A stretch of DNA of 61,658 nucleotides, filler included. It is 5 parts of 5 records of this genome, joined end to end, with 100 filler letters (N's around TTAATTAATTAA, not from the genome) between each part and the next. Parts side by side here need not be neighbours in the genome. Positions count along the whole stretch, not along the records: positions 48,627 to 61,658 come from SRR2962707_2555; 4 more parts are not named here. One strand, written 5' to 3'. Position numbers and translations under genes: made by a program. The notes beneath the pieces were generated by a model that did no database searches, was not told the DNA's origin, and worked only from the letters and a program-made list of their open reading frames with translations. Below are positions 53,165 to 61,658 of this stretch, in pieces; position 1 is the stretch's first letter; every line of letters starts with the position of its first letter.

Positions 53165-54103
53165 CTATTCAGCGGCGAGGTCGGGTTTCAGGGAGAAGCC
53201 GTATTTCTCGGCGAGGCCGAGGTCCCGGACCGTATCAAGACCCTTTTGCAGGACGTCTGGGTTCGCCGGTTTTAGTGGCTTGCGCAGCGGTCCGGCAGGA
53301 AGCCCAAGGACACGCATCAACGTCTTGATCGAGACCGGATTGATGGTTGAATAGGCAAAATGCAACATCGCGAGGTTGTCCAGCCACGCCGCGCGACAGG
53401 CGAAGGCATCTTCACCGGTTTCCCAGGGCTTGGAGATCACCGCCATTTCGCGCGGAATGATGTTACCTGTCATATTCGCCGTGCCGTGACCGCCGAGCGC
53501 CATGGTCGGGATCACGAGACCCAGATTGGGCGAGCAGCAGCACATGATCGACATGTCGGGTTGCGCTGCGCAGACTTGTGCGACTTGTCCAACACGGGTG
53601 GTCGATTCCTTAAGTACCACCATGTTGTCGTGTGTCGCGAGCTTCAGCAGGTTATCCCAGTGCAGGTCTGTCTTAACCCGCGGCGGGTTGTTGTAGAACC
53701 CCATGGCGAGATCCGTGCTGTCGAGCACCTCCATCGCGTAGTCAGTGATCGAGTCATTATCGGCACAGATATAGGCCGGTGCGGCGAGGATCGCGCCATC
53801 GGCGCCTTCGGCCTTCGCATAGCGAGCATAGTCGATGGTCGTAGCAGTATTGTTGCCGGTAATGCCATAATACATCTGCATATTGCCGGGCTTCATCTTG
53901 GCAGTCTCCGAGATGATTAGCTTTCGCTCTTCGGGCGATAGCATCGACACTTCACCGGTCGAGCCCATGATGAGAACGGCCTCGGTGCCATTTTCGGCGT
54001 GCCAGTTCAACAGTGTGCGGAAGCCTTCAAAGTCGATCGAACCATCATTGTTCATCGGCGTTACAAGGGCAACAAAGGACCCTTTGGGTTTAATATGGGG
54101 CAT
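53165..54103 (-). CDS. DHDPS/N-acetylneuraminate-lyase family aldolase
   Basis: ALVTPM, GSTGE, FYNNP (Tyr), LKES (Schiff-base Lys). Confidence 0.88.
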   Translation of the reverse strand: MPHIKPKGSFVALVTPMNNDGSIDFEGFRTLLNWHAENGTEAVLIMGSTGEVSMLSPEERKLIISETAKMKPGNMQMYYGITGNNTATTIDYARYAKAEGADGAILAAPAYICADNDSITDYAMEVLDSTDLAMGFYNNPPRVKTDLHWDNLLKLATHDNMVVLKESTTRVGQVAQVCAAQPDMSIMCCCSPNLGLVIPTMALGGHGTANMTGNIIPREMAVISKPWETGEDAFACRAAWLDNLAMLHFAYSTINPVSIKTLMRVLGLPAGPLRKPLKPANPDVLQKGLDTVRDLGLAEKYGFSLKPDLAAE

Positions 54104-54118
54104 CGGGTTTTCTCCAAG

Positions 54119-55408
54119 TCAAAAGAGTTCGGGAACCATCAGCTTCGGCAGTCCCAGAATGATATCTGGGATCCAAAGCGACAGGATCGCGACGGTGAGG
54201 GTAAGTAAACAGATAGGCGCGGCGGCGAGCATGGCCTTCCCAAGCGGAGCATCGGCAATTTGCGAAGCAATCAGCAAACAGATGCCATAGGGCGGCGTAA
54301 CAAGGCCAACTGACAGGACAACCGTCGACAGAACCCCCATATGAACGGGGTGCATTCCAGCGGTGTCGCCAAGCGCCTGAATAATCGGCAAAAAGATCAG
54401 CGTGGCTGAAATCGGGTTCAGTACCATGCCGACAAGTAGAAGGAATCCGATCAGCATAAGCATTATCACGTAGGCGTTTGACGTTGTGCCGAGGATGAAA
54501 TCCACGACGATCTTTGACGCGCCGAGATAAGCGATCAGCCAGCCGAAGATACCGGCACCAGCGACCGTAAACATCGGGATGGCGAAATCGATACAGCTAT
54601 CGCTGAGGATCTTGGGCAAGGCCGAAAGCGGGATGTCGCGATAGACAACCAGCGACAAAAACAGCGCCCAGAGAACAGCCGCAATGGCGCCCTCGGTCGG
54701 CGTGAAAAAGCCACCGACGATGCCACCCAGAACGATAACCGGGATCATAAGCGTGGGCAGTCCGCGCCACACAACGGATACGGCTTTTTTGACGCCTGGG
54801 AAGGGATTCGACGGGTAGCCATACCGGACAGCCAGGACATAGGTATACCCCATCATGAAGACCCCAGCCAACAGGCCCGGCACGATGCCCCCGACGAAGA
54901 GCGCGCCGATGGAGACGTTCCCGAAGGCGCCGTAGATGATGAGGATGATCGAGGGCGGAATGATTACGCCGAGTGTCGAGGAGGCGGCGGTTAGCGCGGC
55001 AGCAAAAGCAGGTGGGTAACCGGCCTTTTTCATCGCAGGAATAAGGATCGATCCGACCGAGGCAGTGTCTGCAGCTGCCGACCCCGAAAGCGAGGCGAAG
55101 ACCATAGAGACAAAGACATTCACATGCCCCAGCCCGCCACGGATATGGCCCACGGTTGTATCGGCAACGTTGAGAAGGCGTTCTGTGATCGAGCCGGCGT
55201 TAAGGATCCGGCCCAGCAGCATGAAGAACGGCACTGCGAGCAGGGTAAAACTGTCAATTCCTGCATACATCTGGTTGACGATCGAAATCAGCGGCAGGTC
55301 TTCAAGAAGGATCACCACTGCAGAGGAGAGGATCAGCGAGAAACCGATGTTCACCCGAAGCCCGACAAAAACAAAGAAAGAAAGGATCAGCGTTACGAGA
55401 GGGTTCAT
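54119..55408 (-). CDS. TRAP transporter large permease (DctM)
   Basis: LLAVPFFML, SGSAAAD, IIPPS, TPTEG, TPPYG. Confidence 0.92.
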   Translation of the reverse strand: MNPLVTLILSFFVFVGLRVNIGFSLILSSAVVILLEDLPLISIVNQMYAGIDSFTLLAVPFFMLLGRILNAGSITERLLNVADTTVGHIRGGLGHVNVFVSMVFASLSGSAAADTASVGSILIPAMKKAGYPPAFAAALTAASSTLGVIIPPSIILIIYGAFGNVSIGALFVGGIVPGLLAGVFMMGYTYVLAVRYGYPSNPFPGVKKAVSVVWRGLPTLMIPVIVLGGIVGGFFTPTEGAIAAVLWALFLSLVVYRDIPLSALPKILSDSCIDFAIPMFTVAGAGIFGWLIAYLGASKIVVDFILGTTSNAYVIMLMLIGFLLLVGMVLNPISATLIFLPIIQALGDTAGMHPVHMGVLSTVVLSVGLVTPPYGICLLIASQIADAPLGKAMLAAAPICLLTLTVAILSLWIPDIILGLPKLMVPELF

Positions 55409-55884
55409 TGCGCCATCCCCTTGCGGCTTACACGCAGAAGCGTCACCGCTTCGACTAAGTAGAACAACATCAGAGCGCCCGAGACAGGCAGCGGAAGGAA
55501 CATCCAAAACCTAGAGATTCCAAGAGATTGCACAGTTGCCGTCTTGCGCACCATTGCCAGCTCCCAGCCGTATCTCAGCAATAGCCAGGCGACACAAAAC
55601 CCGGCGAGCAGCGCGACGCCATCGGCCAGCAAGTTTATCGATCGATTGCCCTCAGGCAGCATGTCGACGCGGTAATGTGCACCGGTTCTGAGACCCACGG
55701 CGGCCCCAACAAAGATGAGCCAGGCAAAGAGAAGCTGGGCGACGTCGGATGTCCATATGATTGGGATCATCAAGACGTTACGTGCCAGAACTTGAAGGGC
55801 AACGGTGGTGATGAGCGCGCCGAAGGCGATCCACATCAGCGTTGTTACGATCCGCGTGACTTGATCGCAAAGGTGGGTCAACAT
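55405..55884 (-). CDS. TRAP transporter small permease (DctQ)
   Basis: Four TM segments; QVLARN, WTSDVA, HYRVD. Confidence 0.88.
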   Translation of the reverse strand: MLTHLCDQVTRIVTTLMWIAFGALITTVALQVLARNVLMIPIIWTSDVAQLLFAWLIFVGAAVGLRTGAHYRVDMLPEGNRSINLLADGVALLAGFCVAWLLLRYGWELAMVRKTATVQSLGISRFWMFLPLPVSGALMLFYLVEAVTLLRVSRKGMAQ

Positions 55885-55952
55885 GGCTGTTTCCAAGCAA
55901 TGAAGGAAAGGGGGGCCCGACCCAAGGAGAGTCAGGACGGGCAGGTAGCAGG

Positions 55953-56948
55953 TTACTCGGTGAGGAGCTTGTATTCCTCGACCAAGTCGAGCTCTTCTGC
56001 GAGTTGCACCTGCATTGGAGAGACGACATCAACAAACGGGGTCTTGTCGGGCACCGTGACCGTGACGCCATGCTCAGTCTTGAGCACCTCCACAAGGGCT
56101 TGATCATACCCTTTCGCCTTTTCGACGCCATGTGCGTTCGCAGCCTGTGCGGACGACAGAACCACAGCTTGTAGATCCTCGGGCAGTTTGTCCCATGTCC
56201 GCTGCGAGATCGAGGTGTGATTGATTTGGATCGTGTGCGCAGTCAGGGCGAGGTTCGGTGCGACTTCGTAGAGTTTGGAACCGGTATACCCCGGAAGCGA
56301 GCTTTCCATTGCCTCTGCCACACCCGTTTGCATTGCGGCGTAAAGCTCGCCCCAGGCAACCGTCACTGGCAACATGCCGAAAGCCGACCAGGTCTTGCTG
56401 TCCATGGGCGAGGGCGGTGTGCGCATTTTGAGCCCTTCGACGTCGCCGGGTGCTTCGACCGTGACCGAAACGGTGGACATGTTGCGGGTTCCTGACGCAC
56501 CGAGCGCCAGCAGTTTCATGCCAACGGCACGCTCTTCATAGACCTGCTGGAAATGTGCCTCGACGGTCGAATTTGGGCCAACTTTCTCCAATGCCTGGTC
56601 CATGTCTTGGAACAGATAAGGCATGGTGAAGATCCCGAATTCGGGGATCATTTGAGCAGCGTTGGAGGTCGTGGAAATCATGACGTCGATTGTGCCGAAA
56701 CCGATCTCACCGATGACAGCGGAGTCCTTACCCAACTGACCGGAATCAAAGATTTCCACCCCGATAGCGCCATTGCTGTCGGCTTCCACCTGTTCTTTGA
56801 AAACTGCGGCCATATCATTGTAGGGGTGAGGCGATTTCACCAAAGTATGGAGCCGAAGCGTGTAATCTGCCGCCATTGCGGCGCTAGAAGTGAGAAGAAC
56901 GACCGTGGCAGCGGTCAAACCGAGTGAGGCACGTCTGGATATAATCAT
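55953..56948 (-). CDS. TRAP transporter substrate-binding protein (DctP)
   Basis: Signal peptide (SRRASL...AMA), SGQLG, MPYLF, GLKMRT, GELYAAMQTG. Confidence 0.9.
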   Translation of the reverse strand: MIISRRASLGLTAATVVLLTSSAAMAADYTLRLHTLVKSPHPYNDMAAVFKEQVEADSNGAIGVEIFDSGQLGKDSAVIGEIGFGTIDVMISTTSNAAQMIPEFGIFTMPYLFQDMDQALEKVGPNSTVEAHFQQVYEERAVGMKLLALGASGTRNMSTVSVTVEAPGDVEGLKMRTPPSPMDSKTWSAFGMLPVTVAWGELYAAMQTGVAEAMESSLPGYTGSKLYEVAPNLALTAHTIQINHTSISQRTWDKLPEDLQAVVLSSAQAANAHGVEKAKGYDQALVEVLKTEHGVTVTVPDKTPFVDVVSPMQVQLAEELDLVEEYKLLTE

Positions 56949-57046
56949 GGCGATCCCTGTTCTGTTGGTTTGCGTTTCTGCCTTCAGTGTTCTCCAGCAA
57001 CGTGATAATTTCAAATACCGTTTTTTGATTGCGCTATGTTAAAATG

Positions 57047-57952
57047 TTATGAGGTGCGCTCAACGATTGCACTGTGCTCAGCCAACACTGTGATCAGTTC
57101 GTCGTAGAACGCACTGCCTGCGCGAGAGAGTGGGATGTCGCGGGATTTCATTATCTGAAATTCGAAAGGGATACGGGGCATGAATGGGACAGTGGTCAGG
57201 CTCGGACCAAAGATACGCGGCGTGATCGCGTCGACTATAGCAATCCCCACGCCAAGCGAGGCAAGCCCGCATGCCGAATAAGAGGGCTGCGTTTCGGCGA
57301 CAACGTTTGGAGTTAAACCGGCCTCCGCGAAGCACTTTACCATGTAACTATATGTTAATGTGTGATAGTTTAGAGCCACAAGCGCTTGGCCGGCAAGGTC
57401 AATTGGCGAAATCTGGTCATGACTCGCTAAGGGGTGGTCGGGTGGCATGACGCAGACGCAGCCGCTATTGAAGGTCGCCAAAACATCCACGTCTGATCGA
57501 TTGGCGGACATCTGGGCAACGCCGAGGTCAATCTGTCGTGAGGCCAGAAGATCAAGGATGCGCGGCGATGTATGCACATCATGGATGATGCCAGCGCCCG
57601 CATGATGCGTCGAAAACCGGGAAACAGCCTGAGGAATGATTTCAAAGCTGACCATCGGCATTGACGCGACGCGGAAGGATGCCCGCTGCAAGGTGCGGAT
57701 TTGGTCGGCCACCTGTGAGAGCCGGTCGAGCCCATAAAACATGCGCTCGACTTCCGGAAAGAATTCATATGCCTCCGCAGTAGGCTGAACGCGCCCCCCT
57801 TTGCGTAATAATAGGGCGAAACCCAAAGAGGCCTCCAAATCAGCTATGAGTCGACTCACAGCCGGTTGCGAGACATTCAACGCTTGCGCCGCTGCTGTGA
57901 CCGAGCCGTGACGCATTACCATGCGAAACGCGTTGATCTGCTTCTGGTTCAC
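57047..57952 (-). CDS. LysR-family regulator upstream of the TRAP operon
   Basis: QINAFRMVMRHGSVTAAAQALNVSQPAVSRLIADLE helix-turn-helix. Confidence 0.92.
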   Translation of the reverse strand: MNQKQINAFRMVMRHGSVTAAAQALNVSQPAVSRLIADLEASLGFALLLRKGGRVQPTAEAYEFFPEVERMFYGLDRLSQVADQIRTLQRASFRVASMPMVSFEIIPQAVSRFSTHHAGAGIIHDVHTSPRILDLLASRQIDLGVAQMSANRSDVDVLATFNSGCVCVMPPDHPLASHDQISPIDLAGQALVALNYHTLTYSYMVKCFAEAGLTPNVVAETQPSYSACGLASLGVGIAIVDAITPRIFGPSLTTVPFMPRIPFEFQIMKSRDIPLSRAGSAFYDELITVLAEHSAIVERTS

Positions 57953-58712
57953 CTGAGCCTCGCTTTCCTGAGATTAACCTTACTTGTGAACCAAGTATCG
58001 TCAAGTTGTCGACCGTGGCCTGGATGCATTGGCGGAACAAACTCCCCGCCCAGAATCAGTCTGGAACGTCATCCATGACGCCAGACGCTACGACCAATAC
58101 GATCCCAAGATAACGCCCCCCCCGCACAGAGGCCACACGTCGGCTGCTCTCCTTTTGAATCCTCAGCGCTGCGTTCCAAGCCGTTGGCGAGAACCGCGCA
58201 GTTCTTCTATCCATAGTGTAGCCTTGAAATTAGTTCTGTGGCGCACGAAGGTTGCGCCCGTGTCTCCGAAGCACAACGGTGACGATGGGCAGAGTGCAGA
58301 CCGGCTTCCCATTGATCACCCATAAGCGTTGAAAGTCGACATGATTGATCAATTGGCGCCGCTATGGTCGCGCAAACCTGCCGATAGACAAGTAATTGGT
58401 GTGAGACAGCTAATACCGGCCCTTAATTTCAGCGTCAAACGCTGCGTTGCTGCTTCACCAGATCGGTCGTATGCTGCAGTTGCTCGATCTTAGTCGTGTC
58501 CAAGGTCTGCGCGGGACGAACCCAACTTTCGCCGCGCTCGTGCCAATGACCGCTTTTAGGCGTTTTCTGGCGGTCACGAAAAAATACTTAAAGCGGGATG
58601 CGCCCGTGACGAGCATCATGAAATTCTTGCGAATCCCTTTCAATTTGGGCAGACAGAAATGAAATAGCGAACACGCCTGACTAACGGCTCAAAGTATTCA
58701 AAGGGATTTTTG

Positions 58713-59231
58713 ATGATTACAGCTAAACCTAATGCTGGTGCGAAAATGGAAGAAATGAGTTTTTCGGTTATTGGGCGCTCCGAGAAACTCTCGGTTGGTC
58801 AGCCAAAGGATCGTTGGACGATGCTGTTTGTATATCGCGGCAAGCACTGCCCGCGGTGCAAGCGTTTCCTAAACAAGCTGAACAATGCATTGCCTGCATG
58901 GACAGCGGTGTTGGATGTGGTCGTTGTTTCGGCAGATACCAAAGAAAAAGCAGCGATAGATAAGGAAGAATTCGGCTGGGATTTTGATCTTTGTTACGGG
59001 ATGACAGAAACGCAGATGCGATCCCTCGGCCTCTATGTCTCATCCCCTCTTTCAGAGGCGGAAACGACGGGATTGTTCGCGGAGCCGGGTGCATTTGGCA
59101 TTCGTCCCAACGGGACCTTGATGCTGGTTGATATCTCAAACGGACCGGCTGCCCGGCCGGATCTCGAAGAACTCTTGGATGGTATGAAGTTCAATATCGA
59201 CAATGACCGTCCCGAACGAGGGACGGCCTGA
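58713..59231 (+). CDS. AhpC/TSA-family redoxin (peroxiredoxin-like)
   Basis: YRGKHCPRC CxxC motif, VSAD, FAEPG, RPDL. Confidence 0.82.
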   Translation: MITAKPNAGAKMEEMSFSVIGRSEKLSVGQPKDRWTMLFVYRGKHCPRCKRFLNKLNNALPAWTAVLDVVVVSADTKEKAAIDKEEFGWDFDLCYGMTETQMRSLGLYVSSPLSEAETTGLFAEPGAFGIRPNGTLMLVDISNGPAARPDLEELLDGMKFNIDNDRPERGTA

Positions 59232-59784
59232 GTTTGGGTTGCTGCAGAAAGGTTTCAACGGCAGCTTTGTGCAGAGTTTCTGTCATTTGTCCATACTGCA
59301 GCATCGATCACTTAGGGCTCGTTCCTGCCGTTAGCGGCTTCGCGGCATCTTGAAGGATCGACCGAGATATCACCGTCACCAACGGCTTAACAGCAGGCCT
59401 TTACGATATTGTCGCACGCTGCGCCGCAGCTTTCGCATAGCTGCCGTTGATGCTTGTTGCAGCATTACCTCGAGTTTGCGGACAAGGTGCCGTTGGCCTC
59501 GACATGACGAGATGGCGCACGCGGCCCTCGGCGGACCTTGACCCATCACTCATCCTCTTCCGGCGCGGCCCGTCGAAGCAAACAATATTGCAGGATATAT
59601 TACCCCTGTCAGCCTACTGGACGCTCCTGCGCAAGAGATGCCGTTTACAGTGAACGATATCGACGAACATCGGCCCTTGCCATGGCATACAGCTTGAACA
59701 GCCGAAAAAAGAAGATAGCAAAAATAACGAAATCACTTTAACTTATTAATTATACTAACAGTTTAATAACTCGAAAAGAAATTT

Positions 59785-61254
59785 ATGTCAGTTACACGAC
59801 GCACTTTGCTTTTGGGAACCGGGGTAGCCGTGGGTGCGCTTGGAACCCGGCATTTTGGCACTGATCTCCCCGTTGCAGACGGCACAGATATTATCAGGCC
59901 GGAAGGTGGAGTCGCGACGCTGAATGATGCGTCTCGCCTGTCCGAAACGCCGATCCACAAGCACATCGTTATGGGTGAAGATCCTGGCGACGCGCTTCTT
60001 GCGCGAATTCGTGCTGAACTGAGCGAAGCGGCCACTGAAAGGCGACCGGTCAACATCAGTGCGGCGCGGCATTCTATGGGGGGTCAGAGTATCCCCCACG
60101 GCGGACATGCGGTCACCTTTGATAGCACTTGGGTTGAACCCGGTAACGAGAGTTATCGAAGCCATGCGGGTGCCCGTTGGCGCGATGTTATTGCAGCCCT
60201 TGATCCGGTCGGGTTATCTCCGGCAGTCATGCAGACCAACAGCGACTTCGGCGTCGCCGCAACATTCAGCGTCAATGCGCATGGATGGCCCACCGCATTC
60301 GGCCCGATGGGGTCGACCGTGCTAAATATCAGGATCGTGCTAGCAGATGGCAGCCTTGTCACCGCGTCGCGCACAGAGAATCCAGAGATTTTTGCGGCAG
60401 CGATGGGGGGCTATGGCCTGATCGGAGTGATTTTTGATCTTGAGATCGAGGCGGTGCCCGCAGCCCTGATCGAACCCCGTTTTGATGAGATGTCTGCTGA
60501 AGACTTTGTATCCGCATACCAATCGACGGTTGGCGAGGCATCGATGGCCTACGGCAGGCTGAATGTAGATCGCGCGGAGTTCTTCACCAAAGCGCTTATG
60601 GTCAGCTACAGGACTGTTGAGGGTGACATACCAGCCGCGTCGGTTTCTGGAGCCCGCGCCGCGCTGACACGAAATATTTTCAGGGCACAGGTTGGGAATG
60701 AGTGGGTCAAACGCCGCCGTTGGGACTTGGAAACGCGGATTGGACCTATGCTCGCCGGGCCTGTCTCCCGTTCTGGAATAATGAATGAGTCGGTCGAAAC
60801 CCTGCTCGGTCAAAGCGAGCCTGAGCGGACGGACATCCTGCACGAGTATTTTGTGTCCCCCGACAGGTTCAACGATTTTCTGATAGTCTGTCGCAAAATC
60901 ATTCCAAATAGTTATCAGGAACTCCTGAACATCACGATGCGTTGGGTGGAGCAGGACGCCACGTCCGTTTTGTCATATGCGCCGAATGGCCCCCGCATCG
61001 CCTGCGTTATGTCATTTAGCCAAGAGATGACGGTACGGGCCGAGACTGACATGACACTAATGACGAGGGCGCTCATCGAGGCGGTCAATGCGCTCGGTGG
61101 CAGCTATTACCTGCCATATCGACCTCATGCCTCTGTCGCTCAGTTCGCGGAAGTTTACTCCCGTACCGCGGAATTTGTTTCGCTGAAGAGAGAACTCGAT
61201 CCAGGTTTGCTCTTCAGAAACGCACTTTGGGACCGGTACATGGCGGAGATTTAG
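59785..61254 (+). CDS. Tat-exported FAD-binding oxidoreductase (VAO/ALO-type fold)
   Basis: TRRTLL Tat motif, ARHSMGGQS (possible covalent FAD His), SVNAHG, GGYGLIG, ILHEYF, GSYYLPY, KRELDP. Confidence 0.85.
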   Translation: MSVTRRTLLLGTGVAVGALGTRHFGTDLPVADGTDIIRPEGGVATLNDASRLSETPIHKHIVMGEDPGDALLARIRAELSEAATERRPVNISAARHSMGGQSIPHGGHAVTFDSTWVEPGNESYRSHAGARWRDVIAALDPVGLSPAVMQTNSDFGVAATFSVNAHGWPTAFGPMGSTVLNIRIVLADGSLVTASRTENPEIFAAAMGGYGLIGVIFDLEIEAVPAALIEPRFDEMSAEDFVSAYQSTVGEASMAYGRLNVDRAEFFTKALMVSYRTVEGDIPAASVSGARAALTRNIFRAQVGNEWVKRRRWDLETRIGPMLAGPVSRSGIMNESVETLLGQSEPERTDILHEYFVSPDRFNDFLIVCRKIIPNSYQELLNITMRWVEQDATSVLSYAPNGPRIACVMSFSQEMTVRAETDMTLMTRALIEAVNALGGSYYLPYRPHASVAQFAEVYSRTAEFVSLKRELDPGLLFRNALWDRYMAEI

Positions 61255-61658
61255 AACGAGGGAGCAAAGACAGCGCCTGATCGTCTAATAAATGCAGGAG
61301 GATCGTATAGCTAACGCCGCAATTTCAGTTTTGTGCACAATGCCGCTGGCACTCATTGCCGCGAATGACGGCTTCCCGCCCTTCAGTGTGTTTCGTTGCG
61401 CTTGCGGCAGTTGGACACGAAGGGAGCAATGTTAGCCAAGTCTCGCATGGCGACGGTTCAAAATCCGAGATTGTAGCTATGCTGTGCAACTTACGATTGC
61501 TTGCGGCAGTGGCCCAGTTTTTTATCTGTGCAAATGGGAACCTGTTGCAAGGTGTGGCGCTCGCACCCGAAAGTGCACAGCCTGCAAGGCCACGTCTGTG
61601 ACCGGAAAGAGGCGGTGTAAGCTTCACGGTGGCATGAGCACAGGCCCGAGAACACTCG

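Overview
The window is not one locus. It is five unrelated contigs joined by artificial 100-nt linkers (N-run, TTAATTAATTAA, N-run) at 13359-13458, 19996-20095, 28259-28358 and 48527-48626. Taxonomic labels are my inference from gene content and style. (1) 1-13358: GC-rich gammaproteobacterium, Alcanivoracaceae-like, with alaC-hom-thrC, a porin, a serine hydrolase, DUF962 plus a group III truncated globin, a CoA-transferase, trmH, a methyltransferase, degQ and a membrane-anchored beta-helix protein. (2) 13459-19995: eukaryotic (protist-like) DNA carrying an 11-exon secreted-protein gene and a convergent intron-rich ankyrin/coiled-coil/pseudokinase gene. (3) 20096-28258: Marinobacter-like, with a YadG/YadH ABC exporter, lipoproteins, a degenerate HD-GYP protein, a PilZ protein and a Fur-boxed Fe(III) ABC transporter. 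(4) 28359-48526: Alcanivoracaceae-like, with cpdB and atpD-atpC-glmU-glmS. Directly downstream of glmS lies a ~12.5 kb cluster: MarR, an HpxD/NdmA-like Rieske oxygenase with reductase, a Liv-type ABC transporter, a cysteine hydrolase, a metallo-amidohydrolase, an orphan DUF1116 protein and an NhaC-family transporter. Three sigma-54 promoters and a four-fold repeated operator link its transcription units. This is my best candidate for an undescribed system, probably nitrogen scavenging from an N-heterocycle. (5) 48627-61658: Rhodobacteraceae-like, with a LysR-TRAP-aldolase-Mo S/N-oxide reductase-SDR-D-amino acid dehydrogenase operon, then single cargo genes separated by degenerate GC-rich repeats. 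All family assignments come from motif recognition; no searches were run.
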